A stretch of DNA of 64,000 bases, from positions 15,748,001 through 15,812,000 of the forward strand of contig OZ076417.1 of the NCBI GenBank assembly GCA_964187785.1, given 5' to 3'. A program made the position numbers and the translations under genes. The notes below the pieces were generated by a model that searched no databases, was not told the origin of the DNA, and saw nothing but the letters and a program-made list of their open reading frames with translations. The DNA is from Amphiscolops sp. MND2022. Lineage: Eukaryota. This document shows, one piece after another, positions 33,299 through 42,927 of the stretch; position 1 is the first letter of the stretch, and every line of letters starts with the position of its first letter.

Positions 33299-35949
33299 AC
33301 TTTATACATTACTTTATAAAACACATTTGATACTCCACTCACACTTATTCAACTCTACTTTTTCAATACCTATAACACCATTTGATACAGAAAATTATCT
33401 CCCATCAGACGATCCAAATATTACAAATTTTATGGTTTCTCACAATGATTGTGCAAAACAATATAATCTGCGACAATTTACTTTACTTAATGTGAAACAA
33501 TCCACTGAAGCCCCTTCAGACATTAAACACGCAAGTGTTAAAGCCCGCGTTTATGTTAGAGCAAAAGCTAAACGCATCAAAGCCTTTAAATGTGTTGCTT
33601 ATGCCAAAAAAGAAAGAAAGATTTGTTTTCAAGGATCAGTTAATTATCGTCGTGTCGATAGAGCCGTATGAAACCACAATACCTTACCACTTCCTGTTAC
33701 CTTCGATCCTTTAGAATGCAAAAACATTATTCGACATCTTAATGGTACGAATAACAAAATATTGAACAATCTCCACTACAATGAAACTTTCACACTCTTA
33801 GAAGACCATTATTTCCAAGAACGTTTAGAACAATATCAGACTCCTTCACTGTATATCAATTGAACAAAATGGACACGGGTACCTTTACTTTTATGCCCGC
33901 AGATAAAAATCGGATATATGACCCAACTGAAAACCCTTATCATAATTGTCCTGCCCATCATCAATTCGAAGTCAACTTAGTTTGTTGGCGACTCGAACTT
34001 TCTGAAGTAGAACTTACTTATGATGATACAGCAAATGTTATGATCATAGATGGACATACATTACCCTGCTATTTTGCAGATGGCTTTTGTAAACCGACAA
34101 CTAAAACCCCTTTTACTCTTGTTTGGTTTAACGATGATTTTCGTTTAATTTTTACACTACAAGACATCCTCGGACGTATGACCAAAATCGAAGATCGATA
34201 TTGGATTGAAACTGACTCTTTTGTACACTCTCCACATTCAATCAAACCCAAAACAACTTCTGGTATTAAAGGTACAGAACATCCATATGTTTATGCTCCT
34301 CATACTCAACATCCCAACAACCCAAGTCTTTCACGTTTTGAAAAAAATCCTACAGCTCAAACATTCTGTGGTAAACCAGATCCACTTTATTCTACACAAA
34401 ATTCAGATCTTTTTGTTACATACACTGATGGTTTTAATATGCATACAGGACAACCCAACCCTCACTCCAGGATTGATGAATATCTTTCTGGCAAAATAAT
34501 ATTAGACACCTCAAATAACAAATTCGTATTCCCTGCATTAAATTTTTCAAACAACTTTGCTACAATTGACTATGATGCACATATAAATATAAAACTTGGT
34601 TACACTATTAATCACGTTTTTCGCTCCATGACAATACAAGAACTTAATACTCTTCATACAATATGTGAATTGGAGAGAAATCAACTCCTTACAATACTCG
34701 CAATGTCAGTACAAAACCCTCAACTTGCTGGTTTCTTTTTAACAAGAAATCGTAGTAACTTTTTGTACGTCGAAGGCTCCACCGCCTGGCTCTATGATTG
34801 TCCTCATTTTCTTTCCCCTTTATACAAAGCTGATCGATGCTTTGATCGTATACCTATACATTTTAAAGATACTCTTATAAAAGTCCACACCATTACAAGA
34901 CAAACTTATGACTATGCTACTCCAATTACATGTGATAATATTCCAAGAAATACTATTGAACTAGATCCTGATTCTGATGATCAAGATTTTTACATTCTTG
35001 GACCTGAACCTATTAAACGCAAACCTCCACTAATGTTTACACCTTCTCAAATTAAAACTACAATACGCCCAAACACTTTTACAGCCCAATATGCTGGTAT
35101 ATGTTCTAATGCTGAACTTGATCAATTCTGGAACAGATATTTATTTTGTAAACATTCTGATTCTGCACTTCAATTACTCGGTAAAGCTCTTAGTTATTCT
35201 TTCATTTCATCTAATACTCCTGATTACGATGCAAATTCCCTCACGATAATCCATACAATACATTACGTATTGGACTACTTGATAAACTAATAAACTTAAC
35301 TCCTCTTGTCACACCTACATGGTTTTCCGATGCTTTTATTGCACTTTTTGGATATCCTTGCTATATTCTTACTCAATGTGGAATATATTTTTCTACATTT
35401 CTTTTCGTACAAGCAACAATCACACTTATTGTCAAACTTTGCAAAACAATCTCTATTAAATACATTCTTGAAAACAATATTACTTTATTTAGTTCTATAG
35501 CACATGGTTTTTTCAATATCCTTACAGCACAAATGGCCAATGACCTTAATGAAAACCAAAACAAAAAACCAAAAAATACACTTTCAAAATCTAAATCTTT
35601 AAATCATTTCTCGGACACTTCAACAACTTTAATGAACCATTCTACCGGTATTACTTCCCCTCCACCTTTCTATACTAAACGACATAATAAACTCCAGATG
35701 CCCAAATTTAAATCATTTCCAAAAAGACCTCACTTTTCTCATCCAAAAATTACTCTTCATCCATCTACACTTCCTTCTTTTGAACAACATCCTACACTTC
35801 CTAATTACTCCGCTACAAACTCACATCCGAATGACAATTTAGCCACTAAACATGACACTTTAATTAATACTTCTGTCACCTCTGATACGGATACACTTAT
35901 TAAAATCTATTCACGGGTAAATTATCTTTTTCCTCCGCCATCTTCTTGA
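33240..35949 (+). pseudogene. Copy B envelope-like glycoprotein (class III, gB/chuvirus-like by motif); stop at 33669, frameshifts near 33845 and 35230
   Basis: Conserved MAKS start and hydrophobic leader; Cys-rich ectodomain (DCAKQ, KCVAY, ICFQG, ECKN, NCPAH, PCYFADGFC, FCGKP, ICELERNQ..NPQLAG, DCPHF, RCFDRIP, TCDN); sequons NIT, NGT, NET, NRS; C-terminal hydrophobic segment (~35310-35520) then a tail. Confidence 0.75.
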
Positions 35950-35959
35950 ACTCTCTCTC

Positions 35960-36157
35960 AGTCTGCTTGCCAACTCTCTTCTGGAACACTTTTCTACTCC
36001 TTCAAAACTCTCATCTCTTGAAAATTTCCTCACAAATGCTACTCCTCCTTCTCTCGAAACTCTTGTCGAGGTTCAAATTCCTCAAACAAATAGTACGCCT
36101 CTAATCATCACAGTTCTCAAAACCTCACCTTCTAAAGTTGATAAATCAACTCGTTAA
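35960..36157 (+). pseudogene. Copy B small accessory ORF-B (start uncertain)
   Basis: Ends PSKVDKSTR* (TAA at 36155-36157); copy C ORF 61508-61831 ends PSKQDKATR* at the syntenic position. Confidence 0.45.
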
Positions 36158-36239
36158 GGTATTTTACAGTACTTTAAAGTGCTAAGGCCTCTTGGAATAG
36201 ATATCACTGTGATAGTTGATGTTTTAATCACAAACAAAA

Positions 36240-37585
36240 ATGACACAAGCACAAATTGACTTACAAAATCAAATTGATCTCCAAAATCAACTTGAACAGT
36301 CTATAGCAGATCTCACAACAAGACCTCTTTCAAATGACTCTCCTGTTTTATATATCGACACTTCTGAACCAACACCTACAAATTCTTTAGAACAAATGGA
36401 ACAAGATAAAGTAGAACACGATACTTCGAAAATCCTACTCCGCTTAATGATACTGATCGTACCCACGCAACACCACCTCCTCCGAAAAAACGATTTGAAT
36501 TTATGAAAGATCCTGTCTTTCTTTCTTTGCCAACCTATCCTCCTTTCATATCTTCCAAACTTTCTCCTTCTCAACTCGTGATGATCATTTGATCCCATTT
36601 CTTTCTCATGATGATTTTATCTTAAAAGCGCAATTAACTTCTCCCTACCTGCACCCTACTGACTTTTCATTCCGCCTATATGACAAATCAAGACTTTTTT
36701 ACATCTATAGCTTCAAAAATCATGGGTCCATACCAATATTGGCTTGACAATGGCGTCAAAATCTTTTCTCTGCAATTCAATTTTCTTCGCCCATCTGTAT
36801 ATGATTTAAAAACAGACGAATGTGATCCGCCCTTTCTCTCTGTATCTCAAAAAGCTACTCATCATCAAACATACACTAAATTTCTACCGCACACAAAACC
36901 AAAAAAATACATTTTCGTCAATTACAAATACACATCACTGTTTACAATGACAAACATGTACACTCTTGATCACTCCTGTATAACTGGATATCTTCGAAAC
37001 TACGACACTATAAAACAATACTTTTGTTTGCTTCCGTACAATAATACTTCACGTCCACTTATTGTACCTCAAGAGAATCTTATACATTTCGATGACTTTT
37101 TGTTGCCCTGCAACACTCCTACTCAAATTGTGAAACCTCTCACTGTTATTAAACATCTTGTATCTTCTCCGCTTGACGATAAAGACAAAACCTACTATAC
37201 AGCTCTATACAAACAAACTTACTCCTACCCCTACAATGAACTTCTCTTCATTGCAGCAAAAACCATTTCGTTTATGGTACAAGCAGAACGAAAAACAGAA
37301 CACAAATCACACTCTTCGCCAATAAAAAACACTCCTGACAAACTTTCCTCTGTCTTGAACATTCGAACACTTCGTGAAATAACAAATCTGTTAGACCCAT
37401 ATAAACGAAATCCTTCTGACACACATACCACCACACTTACACATATACTGCACTGCTATGACAGAACACACAATCTCTTACAAACACTTCATCTAGACTC
37501 TCAACGCATCAATCAATCATCCCAAGCAATTCAATCTGCTTTGGAATCCATAACTACTCTTTTTAACTCAACTAACCTTCATTAA
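36240..37585 (+). pseudogene. Copy B accessory ORF-C (~450 aa, unknown function); frameshifted near 36500-36690
   Basis: Starts MTQAQIDLQ, as in copy C at 61843. 36680-37585 is open (301 aa): YQYWLDNGVKIFSLQFNFLRP...YFCLLPYNNTSRPLIVPQENLIHFDDFLLPC, collinear with C 62280-63488. Confidence 0.75.
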
Positions 37586-38036
37586 ATTCTTCTGCAGGTA
37601 ATACAACTTTCCTAATTTTTCTTCTCGGGTACGCTCTATGGCACATCTTTTGAACTACACAAAAGGAACTTTTTGGTACATTGTTGGAACTACCTAAAGG
37701 TAATACTTTCTTTCGTTTTTCTGAATGGATTCTTAGGAATTTTTTACTTTTACAGTACATACTCTTCTCTCCTATAGTACAGGAAAATGTTTACAATTCT
37801 TTGCTTATGTTACATATAAAAATTACGATCCAAAACGTCTTAAAAACACATTACACACTAGTACCAAAATATGATACATTTTAGCACCACTTTTGTTGTA
37901 CACCTCTTGACTTGTTGTTGTCAATTTTCTTACACTTCTGTTGTTTTAGAAACATCTGTTTTTCTTCCTTCTGCTTCCAAACTCTTCCAAAACATCTCCA
38001 CGTCTCTTTCATCACGCTCTCAAGTTTTCCACCACA

Positions 38037-38474
38037 ATGCAGGCCCACGTTCCTGAAACAGAAGATATCGTCACAGTTGCATCCAACCTCTCAAAAGTAC
38101 ACAGTCTTGAAGCCGCCATCTTCCACACAATGGCATTTAACTCTCCTTGGAAATCAATAAAAAACAAAATTACACCAAAAACCCTCATTGCTTCTCTCAA
38201 AGTTTTGTACAACATCTCTCAAATCAAGAAGAAAAAGATTGCCTTCGAACAATACTCTCGTATTCATGTAGCTGGCCCAAAAATAGCAATTTGTGAAACT
38301 GCATCTAATGTGGCTTTCGTCTTGAACTCGTCTTTTACTTCAAAAGACCAATACTTTCGAGCTGCAATTCAAGAAGCTATGACTGCTTTCAAAACTACTC
38401 TCCAAGATTTTGGTTATACTCAAACTCTTGACTATTATGATCCAAACACTCATCAAGGTCATCCTTCACCGTAA
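38037..38474 (+). CDS. Copy B accessory ORF-E, 145 aa, intact, unknown function
   Basis: ATG-initiated, stop-free, balanced globular composition inside the element's 3' region. The counterpart in C lies beyond the window. Confidence 0.55.
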   Translation: MQAHVPETEDIVTVASNLSKVHSLEAAIFHTMAFNSPWKSIKNKITPKTLIASLKVLYNISQIKKKKIAFEQYSRIHVAGPKIAICETASNVAFVLNSSFTSKDQYFRAAIQEAMTAFKTTLQDFGYTQTLDYYDPNTHQGHPSP

Positions 38475-39864
38475 CACCCCTTATTTCAATAATTCATCAA
38501 TACATTCACTCACCTTCAATCACTCTTCAAGTACATCTCTTCCTTACTTTTTCATCTTCCTTTGATGATACCTCGAGATGTAGTTGCTGATCCCTTCTCC
38601 AAAAAACTCCTCCTACAACGCTGACACTTCTCAATGCCTGGTGCACATCTTGCTAATGGTCAACATCATTCATCGTCACTACTGGTCGTCAAACTTCAAC
38701 ATCATTGACCTGTCCTTTCTTCTCTTTCATCGCCACTGGTCTTTCTTCACTACAACGCCGCCACACACGTTGACTCGACTCAATTTCTTCACTTAACTGG
38801 TCTCCAAACCCGCAAAACTGAACTGAACTCTCCTCGTTGCAAGCAAATTTCGAACTATTTTACTCAAATATAAAGTATAACCTTATTCATCAAAAACCCA
38901 AATAATTTGACCATATTTTGTGTAATCTTAGTTAATCCTATAATTATCTGTAAACTGTCACAATATTCATTCGTATAATCTCTTTAACCCCCTCCAATTA
39001 CATCTATAATTACTCTGTAATCGCAAAATTATCTACCTCTATTGTTTTGTGTCTAGTACATTTCCTCAATATATCTCTCATCTCCATCTTTCATAGAACA
39101 CAATTCCTTCTTATAGTACAAAATTTTCTAAGTAGAACACAAGTCCTTCTTATAGTACAAAATTTTCTAAGGTTTTTGAACAAATTTTTTTTACAAAACA
39201 TGTTCTAAACACTTTTGTTTTACTTCCCCATCTATATCAAAAATTTTTTTCAAAAAATTCTTCAATAACTTTCGCACACTATTCAACTTTTTAAAGTTTG
39301 AAACTTGCACTTTTTCAAGACAAAGATTTTTGCTTCCAAAGTTTTGCTTCTGCTCTACTCGTCACTTTTGTTGAAAATGAACTCTCACCAGAACCTTGAC
39401 TTTTTCAAAACTTCTTCACTTTTGGTTCACATACCCGCCAATGTTGGTTCACAACTCATTGACAACATCACGCTTTAATTCTTCAACTTGAAGATTTTTC
39501 AATGCTGACTAACTCATGTTGATGAACTTCTTTTTCAAACAAGCCGATGGCCGATACGAAAAAGGAACATGAAATAGTAAACAAGTTGTCAATAATAACT
39601 TGAACAAAACTGTCATTTAAAGTCACTGAAAGAAATTGAACCTTTTTGCACGAATTGAATAGTCTATGACGTAAGAAGTCAATACGTCTAAGGTTGTTCT
39701 CACTTCTTAAGTCCTTAGGTACATTTCAGAACGAAACTCATGCAATTTGTGCAATACACATATGAAACAAACCCATGCATCTAACATCTGCAACACAAAC
39801 TTTAGAGCTACTCAAACCCAAAGTGCATATATGTAACTTTAAATTTTTCAAATTCCCTGTTGAT

Positions 39865-40283
39865 TGTGATGCCATGATGCATGTCCTCAAAGATTCTATA
39901 AATCTGAAATAGTCTGAACTCCGAACCCAAGTAATTAGTAGATGTAATTCTATTTGAAAGTTAATTATCTTTGGAGAAACTTCACTTATTTTATCCTGTA
40001 ACAAGCTTCTCAGATCCATCCGGTTACTGTCATTTCTTAATAATGCAAATGAAAGAAATCTACCCTAGTTTGATAGAACATATCCACGCGGAGAATATTA
40101 GAATCTAATCCACCAAACGGTCTTCCTCTTCAGAAGAACTAACTGAGATCTCAGAGAGATTAGACTTAAAACTAGCTAGCTAAACTAACTTGAAATAGGA
40201 CGACTTTGTTGTTAAATCTTAGACTTCTTATGCCTGTAATGAAACATCTAAAAGAAACAACACTACTACTTTTTAACAGCTCA
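39865..40283 (+). repeat. Copy B 3' LTR (419 bp)
   Basis: Direct repeat of 25188-25605, followed by the TSD TTAT. Confidence 0.95.
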
Positions 40284-42289
40284 TTATATAACTTTTTACT
40301 GTTTTACACACTCCCTTTTGTCAGATTCTTTCATTTTGATGTGTTCTGTTTGACTTCTGTTCAAAGGTTTCCCTTTAAACAAACAGTTTTTTTTCAATCG
40401 AAACTCCCTTTTTAAAACCAACTCCATTTAATTTTGAACTTTGTTTCTAAATATCTTCGGTTCTACGAATGACATCCTTTTTTTTGACTCTCCTCTTAGA
40501 TTAGATGTCCACTCACCTTTCACAAATTTCACTCCAATGAATCTTCTCATTTTTATCTGTCAATGAAAAAAATGCCTTTTTTCAAAATACCCGCTAAATG
40601 TCAACATATTATGAACAACAACGAATAAGTCAATCCGTGAACGCAGTATTTTAACTCGACCTTCTGAGCTTTGAGCACGCCGCCACCTTGCCACTGAAGC
40701 TTTCAAATGTCAATTTTGCTTTAATTTGGTTTTTAAATGACGTCAAAAACGATTTCTCAAGTTGACATGAAACCTAAGAATCCTCGTTCATCCCTTTCTT
40801 CATGTTTGTCAACGCCGTCGCGTAATAGCATTTTTAAAACTGATCCTTTTTTTCATGTTGTTCCTGGTCTATCAAAATCACTGGCTTACTATTTATCACT
40901 GTTCATTTCCAGTCTACTTTTTCTCAAACGCCGTTCGAAGTAAAAAGATAAACTCACAACAGCAACAAAAGGATGCAGTAGTCGGAAACCAGGCACAAAA
41001 TTTTAAAATTTGAACTATGTCAATTGAAAAAACCCTTCTCAAGTCCTAACATTCTTTTAAACTGGTGCTGGAATATCCCGCATACATCGCACTGTGCTCA
41101 AGTAAAAATGCGTTTTTTCGTTAACTTCAAACCATTTTTCATCAAAACTACAGCTCAGTTTTTCTCGATGACTAGTAACGCTAACGCCATGAAACGTACA
41201 CACACTATGAAGTTCCACACGATGATAGAGTTTGTTGTGAGCTGCTCCGTCAAAGGGATTTCGACTTCTCTCATAAACACTACTACTGAGTTCCCAAAAT
41301 TTCTCCAAAATCACTCGCAGTTTACGTTTACCTGCCTTCCGTTTTTGGGAATTTGAAAAAAGACGAGCGGATTCTCGCAGGTTTCACTTAAGGTCCCTGA
41401 TAAAATGTTTAAGGTACTCTTTCGCGAACTCCAGGATGAGTAAAGATATTTCCACCAAGGAACGCATATTTTCCAGTAATGGAACGTTCTGGGCAACATT
41501 ACTAGTAACGTAGCAGTGTTTTACAAACTATTTCAGGGGACTGGGGATGTTTTAATTTCACAATTAGCTTTTATACTACTCATGTCTATGGCGTCCTCTA
41601 CTCAGGTCTATGTAAACGAAACGAAAGCTGCTGGTAAACTTTCATTGGAAGTCGAACAAAGGTCTTGGCAACAGCGTCTGGTAATACCAACCAGGTGAAG
41701 TAATTGGACTACATTGACGACTCAGGCGAAACGCCGGAGGGGCTTCGCCTCTCGCCAAATTTGGTGATGAAGGCAAATTTTGACTCTTTTGTCAACTTTT
41801 TGGTGTGTAAGCCTTTTCCTGACAACTTTAGACTTTTTGGATCTGACCAACTTGAACTGTTTTTTTTCATTTTTGCATTCCCAATGGCTGTACTATCTTC
41901 TGGAAAACTTTGGTTTTTAAAAGGAGTGATAAGGATAATCAGTCAAAATAGGTTATATACATACTAAATATACATATATAAGTTATTGCTACCACGCTTG
42001 GTTTTTCCGCCAATATATTGGATGACCAATGGGTATTTCTCGCAGTTATTACTATTGAGGGAAGGCCGGGGAAAAACCGATGGAGCTTGCAAACAAAAAC
42101 GGGAATAACATGGTTTAGCTAGTCCTGAGTGTGTCGTAAGCAGTCAGGTGGACGAAAGAGGAGTGTCTTTGCCCTGCTCGTAAACTCTTTCAAAGCGCGA
42201 GGGGCCTTCAGCAAGCGTCCTGGCAGTTCCAGTACATTCCTTAAAGCCTAAAACTAAAGCTTCGAGACCCTTTGAAACAAACTCTTCTT

Positions 42290-42927
42290 GAGCCGGATGA
42301 TGCAATTTACCAGGTGTAAAACAGACCAAAAAGAATCTCGCTATCAAACGTCTATTTTTCTTGCCAGACTTCAAAAGCACGTAGAAAATGCAATTATTCT
42401 AATTGAAGGACCCCTGACATGCTCAAGAAAAGTAATGAAAACACGTGTTTGCCATACGTGTTCCCTAGATCTGGACTTTACAGGGCTTGAAGGCAGAAGA
42501 AACTCCAAGTTTGACGCAAATAAAAATCACCCCTGTTGTCGCGTTAAAAACTATTCTAGATGTAACGTCCAGCAAGGCACTTACATATCAGAGCTGGAAG
42601 AATGCCTACCCTGCTTCGACAGAAGACAACGGTCTAACTACAACTCTAGACATCAGTTTTTACCGCAGAAGTTATGTCATGTTTGGAACTTTCCTGACTC
42701 GTTTTGAAGCCACCTAAGCTGGATGATGCATTTTAACAGGTATAAAACTAACCAATACAAGTTTTCGCTATCAACGTCTATTTCTTTTGTAAGACCTCGG
42801 GAGCACGTAGAAAAAGCAACTATTCTACTAGAAGGATGCCTGACAGGCTCAATAAAAGTAATCTAGGACCCTCCCGTAGAAAAGTAATCTAGGATCCCCC
42901 AATGGAAAAGTAATATAGGACCAATAA
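42290..42927. repeat. ~430-bp tandem duplication; second unit is interrupted by the HINE satellite and resumes at 45769-45860
   Basis: GGATGATGCA..TCGCTATCAACGTCTATTT..GCACGTAGAAAA occurs at ~42294 and ~42721. TAGA(T/C)CTGG..TTACAGGGCT..CAAGTTTGACG occurs at ~42466 and ~45803. Three short AAAAGTAAT(C/A)TAGGA repeats at 42855-42922. Confidence 0.7.

Larger units (their letters stand above)
25188..40283 (+). mobile_element. Giant env-bearing Ty3/Gypsy-type LTR element, copy B (15,096 bp; RT-RH-IN deleted)
   Basis: TG...CA LTRs at 25188-25605 and 39865-40283. 4-bp TSD TTAT (25184-25187 and 40284-40287). PBS, gag, PR, env-like and accessory ORFs present. Confidence 0.93.

Noticed and set aside
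41057-41314. FDGAAHN as a possible P-element/THAP9 transposase motif
   Set aside because: Neighbouring motifs are missing or in the wrong order.
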